Shown one piece after another: positions 44,561 to 53,883 of a stretch of DNA of 53,883 nucleotides. This stretch comes from Bacilli bacterium (GTDB taxonomy: Bacteria; Bacillota_I; Bacilli_A; RFN20; CAG-826), in assembly GCA_045615545.1 (NCBI GenBank), contig JAZLFA010000032.1, positions 1 to 53,883 on the forward strand, given 5' to 3'. The stretch's first letter is position 1, and the number at the start of each line of letters is the position of its first letter. The position numbers and the translations under genes are program-made. The notes under the pieces were generated by a model. The model saw only the letters and a list, made by a program, of their open reading frames with translations, did no database searches and had not been told where the DNA came from.

Positions 44561-45678
44561 AAAAAAGAAATTTCACAGAAGAAGAATTAAAAGAAATATG
44601 GGATTATTACAACGAAATGATTGAAGATCCCGTGTTAATTCCTTTAATTTACACAAAACAACATCATACATCAAATACCTATAAACATGTTTGTAGCGTA
44701 ACAAAAGCAGCATTAACAGCAGCAATCAAAAAACGATTGGATATTGACTATAAAGCATTGATCCGTGGCGGCCTCCTTCATGACTTATTTTTCTATAATT
44801 GGAGAAATAATAAAATCCAAGTATTTACACACGGATTTAAACATCCAAAAGTTGCGTTAGAAAATGCTGAAAAGGAATTTCTAGATTTAAGTAAAAAAGA
44901 AAAAGATATTATCCGTAATCACATGTGGCCATTAACATTATTTCACATCCCAAAATGTAAGGAATCTTGGTTGATTAGTAGAATGGACAAAATTGTATCA
45001 GTAAGAGAGGCACTTGCTCCAAAAAATGATGCTATCGTTTTTGATTTAGATGGGACACTATTTGATACTGTTGTTGATGTATATGACGCTCTTGAAGTAG
45101 CGTTCACACAAAATGGCTTTAAACCAATGACATTAGAACAATTAAAACCACGAATGGGATATAAGATGCGTGAAACAATCGCTTTATATTTACCAGAAGG
45201 TACATCTGATGAAATAATTAATAAAATATTATTAGACTATAGAACCTACTATAAAAATCATAGTGTTGTTAAAGTTAAACCGTACCCAAGAATGTTTGAA
45301 ATATTACAAATTTTAAAAAGGGATGGCTATCATTTAGCGGTTGCAACAAATAAAACACAGAAAGTTGCTGAACAAATTATTGATAAATTCTTCCCAAATA
45401 TTTTTGAAGCAATTCAAGGTGATGATGGGCACACTCCACTTAAACCACTACCAGCAAGTTTTCAAATTGTAAAAAAGAAAATGGCGAAAGCCGCTCGCTA
45501 TATGTATGTTGGAGACACAGAGGTTGATTATCAAACTGCCAAAGCCGCTGGAGCCGAGCCAATCTTAGTTACATATGGATATAGAGATAAACAATTACTT
45601 GATCAATTTGATGCAGTAAAAGTTAATTCTCCAGTTGAATTATTAAAATATATAGAAAGAAAAACTGCCGCAAATTAG
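44557..45678 (+). CDS. HD-domain / HAD-phosphatase fusion protein
   Basis: N-terminal HD region (..H..LLHDLFFYNWR..). C-terminal HAD motifs VFDLDGTLFDT, ATNK, VGDTEVD. The ATGA start overlaps the cobB stop. Confidence 0.8.
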   Translation: MKKRNFTEEELKEIWDYYNEMIEDPVLIPLIYTKQHHTSNTYKHVCSVTKAALTAAIKKRLDIDYKALIRGGLLHDLFFYNWRNNKIQVFTHGFKHPKVALENAEKEFLDLSKKEKDIIRNHMWPLTLFHIPKCKESWLISRMDKIVSVREALAPKNDAIVFDLDGTLFDTVVDVYDALEVAFTQNGFKPMTLEQLKPRMGYKMRETIALYLPEGTSDEIINKILLDYRTYYKNHSVVKVKPYPRMFEILQILKRDGYHLAVATNKTQKVAEQIIDKFFPNIFEAIQGDDGHTPLKPLPASFQIVKKKMAKAARYMYVGDTEVDYQTAKAAGAEPILVTYGYRDKQLLDQFDAVKVNSPVELLKYIERKTAAN

Positions 45679-46169
45679 GCATTTTTTATCATTTTTATAA
45701 CAATATCTTCGACATCGTTTCGATCTTTTTTTAATGTTAATGACAGCTCATCATAAAGTGTTCGATTGGCAAATTTTAACATCTCAACATCAGCAGGTCC
45801 AAACTTAACAGGAACCTCTAATAGATCTGGGTTTTGGAAGAAATAAAGTTGTCTAGTTAAATAAGCAAGATCGTGAATATCGCCACTTGTTAATTTGCGT
45901 TTAAAGTTGTCTCTTCTTTGTTTAGTATTTGTGACATATTCAGGTTCAACAGAACGCATATAGGATATCAATTCATCAATTTCACTCATTGGGGTTAGGT
46001 GCCGAATGACTGCTTCAGCCTTATCAATTGGAACAAAAATCGATTCGCCACCTTCGCGCATAAGTTTAACAACAAAATAATTGCACCCATTGAAAGATGT
46101 TTCTTTTTCGATAAATGACAAACCTTCGCGGAAATGCATTACCTTATCTTTTGCTTTAAATAGACTCAT
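45675..46169 (-). CDS. CarD/CdnL-family transcription factor
   Basis: 164 aa with an N-terminal FKAKDKVMHFREGLSFI Tudor-like motif. It converges on the HD-HAD gene with a 4-nt overlap of stop codons. Confidence 0.7.
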   Translation of the reverse strand: MSLFKAKDKVMHFREGLSFIEKETSFNGCNYFVVKLMREGGESIFVPIDKAEAVIRHLTPMSEIDELISYMRSVEPEYVTNTKQRRDNFKRKLTSGDIHDLAYLTRQLYFFQNPDLLEVPVKFGPADVEMLKFANRTLYDELSLTLKKDRNDVEDIVIKMIKNA

Positions 46170-46211
46170 ATATACATATATTATTACAAAAAAATGGCAT
46201 AATTTCTAACG

Positions 46212-46241
46212 ATAAAAAAACACTTTCGTTAACGAAAGTGC
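46212..46241 (-). terminator. intrinsic terminator after the nucleotidyltransferase gene
   Basis: GCACUUUCG-UUAA-CGAAAGUG followed by U7. Confidence 0.8.
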
Positions 46242-46263
46242 TTATATTATATTAATAGACTTA

Positions 46264-47118
46264 TTATAGACCTTTGTATAACCCTTGGGCAATGTAACCA
46301 GCGATTGCATCTTTCAAGCCTGCAAGGTCTTCTCTATATGTGATTCCATGCCATTTATCTTTATTTACATAGACTTTAACTTTGGCATCGCCATCCATAA
46401 TTGCGCTACCAACAGTAATAGGAACATAGAATTCATCTTTTAGTAAGTTAGCAGTTTCTAAAAATGTTTGATAATGTTTAGCTAATACATCAAAGAAGTC
46501 AGGAGTAAAAGCCCATAAGTTCATACTAACAGGTGTGTCTAAATCTAATTTAGTGTCTTTACCTTTAGAAGTACAGTTGCCTAAGTAATCAATATTTAAA
46601 ACTTCTTCGATATCACTTAAATAACCATCTTTAACATTGCATACTCCACGAGTTACAGTACCATTTTCGCTAACAGTGTTCTTTAATTGATAAGCGAGCA
46701 TAGCATACTCGCCTTTTTTAGCATTTAATAAATGTTTATAGATATCGTAGAATGCATTAGAGCCATAATAGTCATCAGCATTAACAATTGCAAAAGGCCC
46801 TTTTACAACGTCTTTACAACATAAGACGGCGTGTCCTGTACCAAATGGTTTACTTCTTCCTTCTGGTAATACTGATGTATCTTGAATAACATAACTAACA
46901 TCAATAGTTTTACTGATACGATTGCCAATTAATGTTTTAAAGTCTTCTTGCATGTCTTCACGAACAATAAATACAACTTTGTTAAAGCCTGCTTTTTTAG
47001 CATCATAGACAGTAAAATCTAAAATACCTTTACCATCTTCAGTAACTGGCTCAGCTTGTTTTAATCCACCGAAACGGCTTCCCATTCCAGCAGCCATGAT
47101 TACTAATGTAATGTCCAT
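46264..47118 (-). CDS. sugar-phosphate nucleotidyltransferase family protein
   Basis: N-terminal VIMAAGMGSRFGGLKQ signature. 284 aa. Confidence 0.75.
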   Translation of the reverse strand: MDITLVIMAAGMGSRFGGLKQAEPVTEDGKGILDFTVYDAKKAGFNKVVFIVREDMQEDFKTLIGNRISKTIDVSYVIQDTSVLPEGRSKPFGTGHAVLCCKDVVKGPFAIVNADDYYGSNAFYDIYKHLLNAKKGEYAMLAYQLKNTVSENGTVTRGVCNVKDGYLSDIEEVLNIDYLGNCTSKGKDTKLDLDTPVSMNLWAFTPDFFDVLAKHYQTFLETANLLKDEFYVPITVGSAIMDGDAKVKVYVNKDKWHGITYREDLAGLKDAIAGYIAQGLYKGL

Positions 47119-47178
47119 ATTAAAACCTCAATTCTTCTTTACTTTACTAGTTATATTATCTTATTGCAACAAGATGTA

Positions 47179-50148
47179 TTAAGAAATCTTTGTGGCGGAA
47201 ACGTGTAATTTATTCATTTCCACTCCACCATAAAGCGCAACCATTTCTTCAAGTCTAGTTAATTTCGAAGCATCAGTTAATGTAATTTCACCATCATCAC
47301 AAAGCGTGAAGTCTAAGCTAACGGAAGCTTTAATAATAAGTAAATTTAATGAAGTGTTGATGTGTAAACCATCTAATTCACTAGAGCCAGGCTTTTTATT
47401 AACAGTAAGATTTAGATCACTAAACATAGTGCTGCTTTCATCCATACCTAATAACGCTTTTAAGCTAATTCCAAAATAGAACAAGTTATTTGGTTCACTA
47501 TAAGTGAATGTTTTTAATATTCTTTCATAACAAATTTTATCTAAATTAATAGAATCTGTTAATTCATCAGAATTTAAGCCATCAAACAAGGAACTCTTTA
47601 AACCAAGTAAATCAGTTAAGAATATTTCTAAAATATGATCAAGGAAATAATCAGTTTCAAATCTTCTAACTTGGGTGTAGTTATATCGATTATAGAAGAG
47701 ACCAACAAAGTCTCTTTTTTTACGAACAACTTCACTTCTTCTTGTGTAGAACATTCCATCATCATAATAAAGAGATGAGTTTCTTGTTCCGTCTTCAGTA
47801 GAGTCATAACCTTCTTGATTACCAATTGATAGCGGAACTGGAACGTTAGTGAATTCTGCCGCTATTTGAACTCCGCCATCAGGACTTACTCTAATCTTTA
47901 AATCAACATTAAACTCTAAGTTAATTTTAATTAAACCGAGTAAGCCGGCTTTAATATTTAAAGCTACGCTTGAGTTAAAGTGGTAGTAATTGTATTTTGA
48001 TGTATTAATACCAAGTTCTAATAAAACCTTGATATCAGAGAAATCCATATATTCTTTTGAGAAATCTAATCTTGAAGTTTCTAATGAACCATCAAATTCT
48101 TCTAAATTGATTTCCATATTAATTGTGGTATTTCCAACAGTACAATTTTTAATTGTTATTCCATTAAGAACAGAACTACAAGGAACTCCATCAACAAGAA
48201 TATCACTATAACGAAGTTCAAATCCCATAGTGGCTTCAAAGCCAATAGGACTTAAATCTATATCCATAGAAATCTTGCTCTCAGTAACAGAGAAATTATT
48301 AATAAAGTGCATCGCAAGTAACGCACCATAATCACCATCGAGGATTTTACCAATTACACCATCTTTAAATGAATTAATTAAATCACCAAATAATTGCATA
48401 AAGTGATCATCAGGATTTTCAATGACATTCATGATTAAATCCATCATATCCATCAAAGTGTCAGTGTTGAATTTCACGTTCATCGTGTTGTTATATGAAG
48501 CAATGATTTCATTTGTCCCTGCGCGTTTATCAGCACGAATGTTATGAGTGTATTTGTTATCATCAATAATGGTAATATCACCATAACCAAATTCTTCTGG
48601 TAAGTTGAATTGGAAACCACCATCAATTGTAATATCATCTTTTACACCAGCTGCATCAGAAATAGCGCCTGTCATTTCGATTCTAAAGTCATCGCGGACT
48701 AATAATTCTTCAACTGCGTTAACTAATCTAAAAGCTGGATCAATTGCAACATATTCACTTTTAACAATTGTAGTTGTTTTAAATGGGACTGTTTTAAGTG
48801 ATAACGAACCACTATAATCACCAAAACTAAAACCTGTAATTTCTAATTGAGCAAAGCTATTAGGATTGCCTTCTTCAGCAAAGCTTATTTTAATTAATAT
48901 TGGGGATAATTCTTCAGTAAATGCATCAAGATTCAATTCAATTGAAATATTATCGTTATTAGTAGTAATTTGTCCTAACACATTATTGGCTTTCTCTAAT
49001 AAACTTTCTAGATCAGCACTAGCTAATATTTCAGATAATTTATCCATTAATTGGCCAGTTGTGTCATCATTAATTTTTGTTATTACATAATTTATTAATG
49101 TTCCAATTGTGGAATTACTAATTGATACCTTTAAATTTCCAAGTTTGCTATAGATTGTGTCATCAATTAAACCAACAGCAATGTCGAGTTTTCTTTCTGC
49201 AGCGACAAAAGATTGTTCTAAAGAACCTTCAACAAAGTATTCTTTATTTTCCATATCTAAGCCAAGATACATTTTAGATTCAATAAATTTTTCGTTTTCT
49301 TTTTCTTCATTTAAACGATTAACATTGACTTCAAGTTCAAAACCTAATTGTTGACCTTGGCCTAAATTAAATAAGTTATCGACTAATGTAAAGGCAGGGC
49401 GAACATCTTGATATTGACTCTTGTCTGGCGCTTCAAGAACATATTTTGTTTCGCTCACATATTCAATATCAATATCTAATTTTATATAAATACCTTCAAA
49501 GAATATTGAATCTGTTCTAACGCCTTTACAGTTATATTCGTTATCAGTTTTTAAATGAAGTTTCAAACCTTCTAATAATTCGAGAATAAAGTATCTATCT
49601 CCAGCAGGAGTTTCAACGTATTCCATGTCTTGAATTTGAGCTTGAATGCTATCTAAATTAAGATTTACTAATTCTTCTGGAAGATTTAATTCAATACCAT
49701 AGACATTAGGTAATTTATCAATAAATTCTGTAATTGAATCAACAGAGATAGAAAATTTGTTTTTTGTATCAATAGCAAGATATGCAGTATTTTCATAGTA
49801 ACCAAAATCTCCACCCAAAGTTAAACCATCAATGTTTGTATTAATATTTCCGTTGAGTTTAATGTCTTCTAAGTCACTTAAGTCCGCACTTGCGTCCAAA
49901 TAAACATCATACGCATTCTCAAAGTTTTCTGTTTTAAGATTGATGTATCCATTAACATCAGCCTTAGAAATAGACATAAGGTTTTGTAAGAATTTTTCTT
50001 GCTTGGTTAATTGGATGTCTGGTTTATCACTATTTGATGATGTTTTTGGGTTTGAATCATACCCAACTGATTTTGCCCCAATTAAAATAGCAATTGTTAC
50101 GCCTAAAGCTCCTGCGAAAATACCTGTTTGTTTAAGTAAAAAGCTCAT
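47179..50148 (-). CDS. 989-aa membrane-anchored protein of unknown function
   Basis: A single N-terminal TM helix followed by a long, Asn/Asp/Ile-rich, Cys-poor ectodomain. I recognise no motif. Confidence 0.8.
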   Translation of the reverse strand: MSFLLKQTGIFAGALGVTIAILIGAKSVGYDSNPKTSSNSDKPDIQLTKQEKFLQNLMSISKADVNGYINLKTENFENAYDVYLDASADLSDLEDIKLNGNINTNIDGLTLGGDFGYYENTAYLAIDTKNKFSISVDSITEFIDKLPNVYGIELNLPEELVNLNLDSIQAQIQDMEYVETPAGDRYFILELLEGLKLHLKTDNEYNCKGVRTDSIFFEGIYIKLDIDIEYVSETKYVLEAPDKSQYQDVRPAFTLVDNLFNLGQGQQLGFELEVNVNRLNEEKENEKFIESKMYLGLDMENKEYFVEGSLEQSFVAAERKLDIAVGLIDDTIYSKLGNLKVSISNSTIGTLINYVITKINDDTTGQLMDKLSEILASADLESLLEKANNVLGQITTNNDNISIELNLDAFTEELSPILIKISFAEEGNPNSFAQLEITGFSFGDYSGSLSLKTVPFKTTTIVKSEYVAIDPAFRLVNAVEELLVRDDFRIEMTGAISDAAGVKDDITIDGGFQFNLPEEFGYGDITIIDDNKYTHNIRADKRAGTNEIIASYNNTMNVKFNTDTLMDMMDLIMNVIENPDDHFMQLFGDLINSFKDGVIGKILDGDYGALLAMHFINNFSVTESKISMDIDLSPIGFEATMGFELRYSDILVDGVPCSSVLNGITIKNCTVGNTTINMEINLEEFDGSLETSRLDFSKEYMDFSDIKVLLELGINTSKYNYYHFNSSVALNIKAGLLGLIKINLEFNVDLKIRVSPDGGVQIAAEFTNVPVPLSIGNQEGYDSTEDGTRNSSLYYDDGMFYTRRSEVVRKKRDFVGLFYNRYNYTQVRRFETDYFLDHILEIFLTDLLGLKSSLFDGLNSDELTDSINLDKICYERILKTFTYSEPNNLFYFGISLKALLGMDESSTMFSDLNLTVNKKPGSSELDGLHINTSLNLLIIKASVSLDFTLCDDGEITLTDASKLTRLEEMVALYGGVEMNKLHVSATKIS

Positions 50149-50159
50149 GATATTACCTC

Positions 50160-51113
50160 CTAGTATTCACAATCTTCGGCTAATGAAGGAATTTCATAAT
50201 CGCCGTAATAATATTTTTCAACTAAATGTTCATAACTATTAACCCAAGTGAATGTATAAACTTGATATTCGCTATTCATATCAACATTAAGAATATTTAG
50301 TTCATTATCTAATGTATAAGTAAGATTAATCTTTGAGAAAATTGGCTCTCTATCTAATCCAGATGTCATTACCATTTGTTTAACATATCTTGCAGCACCT
50401 AGAACTGGATTCAAATCCAAACTTACTTTATATCCGTCAGCGGTTTTTTCTGCTGTTGATGTATCTAAAGTGGTTTTGCTAGAAATGATATAAATTGTTC
50501 TTCTAGATAAATCTTTTCCCCAAATTTCATCATATTCACTTATTGATAAATTGCTTTTATTTGATTCACTCCAAGTACATCCTGTTGCTGAGACATCACT
50601 ACCATTATAAATATCAACACCAGTTGTATCTTGATAGAAACGAAGTCCAACCTTAACAAATCCAGCAGAGATGTTTTCATAAAAATGATTATCCCCGTCT
50701 TTAATATAAGTTGAATTAGCTACTTGAGTTGCAATTGATGCTTTAATATCACCGCTAAGTATAGTTTTGAATGATTCTAGTTCCGTTGCTTTAGTTAACC
50801 CAATATTTATAATTTCATAAGGTTTAAAGTCATTAGTAAAGTCTGCGCTTGTTTTATTCTTATTATATTTACGTAAAAGGGCGGTATTGTCATCATCAAG
50901 TTCATTTATTGCTAATTCAGCGTAATTTGGTGCGACAGGTGGAAAAAGATTTGGGTTGATTAGTAACAAAGAAACCGCAATACCGATACCAACTGCGGAA
51001 CCAGCAACAACAGATGAGATGATTACACCTTTCTTGCTAGCAATCTTTGTTTCGACCTTTTCTTTCTTGCTTTTATTTGTTTTCGCTTTTTTGTGAAAGT
51101 TTAACTTTTTCAT
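50160..51113 (-). CDS. 317-aa membrane-anchored protein of unknown function
   Basis: Lys-rich N-terminus, one TM helix, then an ectodomain. It lies 11 nt upstream of the 989-aa gene. Confidence 0.75.
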   Translation of the reverse strand: MKKLNFHKKAKTNKSKKEKVETKIASKKGVIISSVVAGSAVGIGIAVSLLLINPNLFPPVAPNYAELAINELDDDNTALLRKYNKNKTSADFTNDFKPYEIINIGLTKATELESFKTILSGDIKASIATQVANSTYIKDGDNHFYENISAGFVKVGLRFYQDTTGVDIYNGSDVSATGCTWSESNKSNLSISEYDEIWGKDLSRRTIYIISSKTTLDTSTAEKTADGYKVSLDLNPVLGAARYVKQMVMTSGLDREPIFSKINLTYTLDNELNILNVDMNSEYQVYTFTWVNSYEHLVEKYYYGDYEIPSLAEDCEY

Positions 51114-51275
51114 ACTCTTAACCTCACCGCATGTATTTTATATATATAATTAAATAATGTAACTATAATAAGATAAACCTTCAAAATAGAGAGAATTCTA
51201 AAATTTTGAGATTTATTCTACAACTCTCGTAAAAATAGAGTTAATATAGAAATACAAAGTATATTTGGAGAAAAT

Positions 51276-51881
51276 ATGAAAAATCTTAAAGAAATTGTTG
51301 GTGCAAATCTTACTGAGCTAAGAAAAAGAGAAGGATTAACTCAAATAGAATTAGCAGATAAATTCAATTACTCAGATAAGTCAATTTCCAAGTGGGAAAA
51401 AGGAGATACATTACCTGATTTAGAGACCTTAAATGAACTTTGCAAGTTTTATGGAGTGTCACTTGATTATTTAGTCAGTGATGGTAAAAAAACTGATAAA
51501 AAACAGTTTATTAAAAGTAAACACAGGTATAATCCAAACGCTATCGCTATCACATGTATATTAGCATCTATTATTTGGCTAATTGCCACTATCGCATACG
51601 TATATATCATCTTACAAAATAATATTAACTATTGGATGATTTTCATTTGGGCTATTCCCGCTACGTGTATCGTACTATCAATATCCAATATTCGATATTT
51701 CCAAAACAAAATATTTAATTTGGTAGTTTCGTCAATATTTATTTGGAGCTTAATAACATCAATATTTTTAACAGTTTACTTATCCCCAATTGGACAAGCA
51801 ATATGGCCGTTATTTATAGTAGGAATTCCACTAGAAATTACCATTATACTTTGGTCAACAATCAAAAGAACACAAAAATAG
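51276..51881 (+). CDS. XRE-type HTH fused to a four-TM membrane domain
   Basis: LTQIELADKFNYSDKSISKWEKGDTLPDLETL HTH, then hydrophobic helices. RBS GGAGAA. Confidence 0.8.
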   Translation: MKNLKEIVGANLTELRKREGLTQIELADKFNYSDKSISKWEKGDTLPDLETLNELCKFYGVSLDYLVSDGKKTDKKQFIKSKHRYNPNAIAITCILASIIWLIATIAYVYIILQNNINYWMIFIWAIPATCIVLSISNIRYFQNKIFNLVVSSIFIWSLITSIFLTVYLSPIGQAIWPLFIVGIPLEITIILWSTIKRTQK

Positions 51882-51890
51882 GAGATCATT

Positions 51891-53774
51891 ATGAACAAGA
51901 AACAAATTCTATTAATCTTAACAATTCCATTTATATTATGTGGATGTTCTTTAACAACATCTTCTTCATCAATAAGTAAAGAATCAAGTGAAGAAAAAAG
52001 CTCGAGTAAAGAAAGCGAATCACTAACATCGAGCAGCGAAAGTAAAACTAGTGAAACTACAACTAGCGAACCTAAACCTGAATCTTCATCAACTACAACA
52101 ATATTACCTTCTTCTTCAAGTAGTGAAAAACAAGAAGGCCACTACTACTATGATGAAAAAGAAGGTTACACAGTTGTAACAAGCGCAAAAAGTTATCTTG
52201 ATTTACCTCTATGGAATAAATATAAAGATGACCATTGGCAAATTGCTTCTCCTTATAAAGGAAATAGAACAGACTTCAGAGATGAGTCAATATATTTTGT
52301 AATGACAACAAGATTCTATGATGGTGATAAAAATAACAATACAAGATGTTGGGATGGTAATAAAAATGGAAGTGACGATCCTGAATGGAGAGGAGACTTT
52401 AAAGGTTTGATTCAAAAAATGGATTATATCAAGGCACTTGGCTTTACATCCATTTGGATCACTCCAGTAACAGAAAACGCATCAGGATATGATTATCATG
52501 GCTATCACACCATCAATTTTAAACAAGTTGATAAACGTTACGAATCAAGTGATGTAAGTTTCTTGGATGTTATTAAAGAAGCTCATAAACGCGATATGAA
52601 AATCATTCTCGATATCGTCTTAAATCATACATGCAACTTTGGTGAAGAAAACCTTTTCCCAATGTTTGATAAAACAAGTGAAACATACGCAGGAATGAAA
52701 CAAAAAGATAAATCACTCCTTCCAAATAACTACTCAAATCTCAATGGCGGCGAACAATACAATGCACGTATTAACGCCATGAAAGGAAGCGCTGATAAAA
52801 ACGATATCTATCATCATGAGAAAAATTTATCATGGGAACAATATACTGAACAAACTGGCCAAATAGCTGGAGATTGCGTAGATTTAAACACTGAAAACCC
52901 AACAGTTGCGAACTATTTAATCGAAGCATATGGACAATTTATTCGTATGGGTGTTGATGCTTTTAGAATAGATACTATGAAGCACATATCTCGTTTAACA
53001 TTTAATAATTATTTCTTCCCGGCTTTTAAACATTATGCTGAAAAATGCGGCAATCCAAACTTTTATATGTTTGGTGAAGTTTGCACAAGAGTAAGAGAAG
53101 TGTGGAATAGAAATCAAGCTATAGACTCCGCACCATTTTATACTTGGAAAGAAAGTAAATCATACCCATGGGGAACAACATCTCAGAACATGAATTCGAC
53201 TTTGAGTTTATGGAATGATAACAAAACAACAAACAATCAACCAAGTTCAAATAACGTTTATCTCAATAACGGTCTTACATATCATAAACAAGATTTATCT
53301 AAATCAAACGGATCAAGTGTCATTGATTTCCCAATGCATTGGAACTTCCAATATGCACGTGATGCATATAATGTTGCTGTTAACAATGACAAATGGTATA
53401 ACGATGCTTCATATAACGTCGTTTATGTTGATTCTCACGACTATGGGCCAGATGGTATAAGTAACATTAGATATAATCAAGGAACAGAAGCCTGGAAAGA
53501 AAATATGGACTTAATGTTTACCTTTAGAGGTGTTCCATGTTTGTTCTATGGAAGTGAAATTGAATTCCAAAAAGGTTGTGTAATTGATGACGGACCAAAT
53601 AAAGCTCTTAAAGAAACGGGAAGAGCCTATTATGGCGCTAATCTAGAAGGAAACGTTTCTGCTACTGACTTTGATGTTTATACAGCAAGCGGAACAGTTA
53701 GCAACACTTTAAATAAAACATTATCTAAACATTTAAGAATGTTAATTGAACTACTCCCACTTAATCACAAGTGA
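51891..53774 (+). CDS. GH13 alpha-amylase lipoprotein, C-terminus apparently replaced or truncated
   Basis: Lipobox LCGC plus a Ser-rich linker. DIVLNHTC, AFRIDTMKH, FGEVC, YVDSHDYG. The frame ends shortly after ..SKHLRMLIEL, where related enzymes continue into domain C. Confidence 0.8.
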   Translation: MNKKQILLILTIPFILCGCSLTTSSSSISKESSEEKSSSKESESLTSSSESKTSETTTSEPKPESSSTTTILPSSSSSEKQEGHYYYDEKEGYTVVTSAKSYLDLPLWNKYKDDHWQIASPYKGNRTDFRDESIYFVMTTRFYDGDKNNNTRCWDGNKNGSDDPEWRGDFKGLIQKMDYIKALGFTSIWITPVTENASGYDYHGYHTINFKQVDKRYESSDVSFLDVIKEAHKRDMKIILDIVLNHTCNFGEENLFPMFDKTSETYAGMKQKDKSLLPNNYSNLNGGEQYNARINAMKGSADKNDIYHHEKNLSWEQYTEQTGQIAGDCVDLNTENPTVANYLIEAYGQFIRMGVDAFRIDTMKHISRLTFNNYFFPAFKHYAEKCGNPNFYMFGEVCTRVREVWNRNQAIDSAPFYTWKESKSYPWGTTSQNMNSTLSLWNDNKTTNNQPSSNNVYLNNGLTYHKQDLSKSNGSSVIDFPMHWNFQYARDAYNVAVNNDKWYNDASYNVVYVDSHDYGPDGISNIRYNQGTEAWKENMDLMFTFRGVPCLFYGSEIEFQKGCVIDDGPNKALKETGRAYYGANLEGNVSATDFDVYTASGTVSNTLNKTLSKHLRMLIELLPLNHK

Positions 53775-53883
53775 TTTGAAGATGGGAGATTCCTAGGCAA
53801 GGCTAGTATTCTAGCCAGTAAGTAGGCTATCCCCGTAGTTCCTACGGTTAGATTGTATTTGTTAATTAGGAAGGCTTAACAAT
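53750..53883 (+). other. structured, GC-richer element at the right edge (end of an insertion, an intron or a leader RNA; unresolved)
   Basis: Inverted repeats CTCCCA..TGGGAG with inner ATCAC/GTGAT, GGCTAG-TATT-CTAGCC, and CCGTAG-TTC-CTACGG. Composition differs from the flanking AT-rich DNA. Confidence 0.35.

Noticed and set aside
1831-49354. Dozens of 60-125-aa ORFs in the six-frame track lie inside or antisense to long genes. Examples are 1831-2046, 2721-2921, 3047-3238, 4095-4340, 6037-6243, 9971-10189, 11442-11884, 12916-13313, 18116-19373, 21237-21625, 24815-25202, 28905-29735, 34122-36091, 38092-39406, 41762-41980, 43151-43363, 44073-44261, 47628-49354, 49940-50242, 51743-51979 and 53215-53460.
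   Set aside because: They are shadow frames of well-supported CDSs. They have low-complexity or hydrophobic junk composition typical of AT-rich antisense frames, and no RBS or promoter.
53773-53883. Confident call of a group II intron 5' end
   Set aside because: The sequence starts GUGAU, not GUGYG. The putative start lies inside a hairpin, and no domain V/VI or reverse transcriptase is visible in the window. I kept it only as one of several possibilities.
1-53883. CRISPR arrays, tRNA/rRNA genes, integrases, transposases and prophage structural genes
   Set aside because: Visual scanning of both strands found no regularly spaced direct repeats, no tRNA-like T-arm/anticodon structures, and no recombinase motifs. 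Absence cannot be proven without tRNAscan, Infernal or CRISPR finders.

Overview
AT-rich sequence (about one-third G+C by eye) from a low-GC Gram-positive or Mollicutes-related chromosome, possibly Erysipelotrichia- or Acholeplasma-like. It uses genetic code 11: TGA acts as a stop at 40542-40544. Almost every exported protein is a lipoprotein with a Cys lipobox and a Ser-rich linker. I found no rRNA, tRNA, CRISPR array, integrase or transposase.

The window has three parts.

(i) 1-10.5 kb is an accessory/defence island. It holds a tightly coupled four-gene operon: ABC-type ATPase, mini-TOPRIM, a 121-aa orphan and a KAP P-loop NTPase. This operon is my best candidate for an undescribed system. 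The island also holds gene remnants, a leaderless XRE regulator, an AbiEi/AbiEii module with an appended GNAT, a lone GT2 glycosyltransferase, an HTH-DUF3990/DUF3791 pair, a GC-rich ~118-nt small transcription unit, and a small basic nuclease-like protein.

(ii) 10.6-39.7 kb is a large glycan-utilisation region. It encodes two type I pullulanases, two lipoprotein GH13 amylases, one secreted and one cytoplasmic GH53 galactanase, a mutarotase, and a MalEFG-like ABC importer. The importer's ATPase carries a ~140-aa coiled-coil insertion. The region also has a 1328-aa Cys-rich lipoprotein and a decayed LuxR-type regulator.

(iii) 39.8-53.9 kb holds a CapE/F/G-type UDP-L-FucNAc pathway with a truncated sugar dehydrogenase, a CobB sirtuin coupled to an HD-HAD fusion, CarD, a nucleotidyltransferase, two large membrane-anchored orphans, an XRE-TM protein, and a fifth GH13 amylase. 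The reading frame of that last amylase ends abnormally, next to a structured GC-richer element at the right edge.

All functional calls come from motif recognition by eye. No database search was possible.
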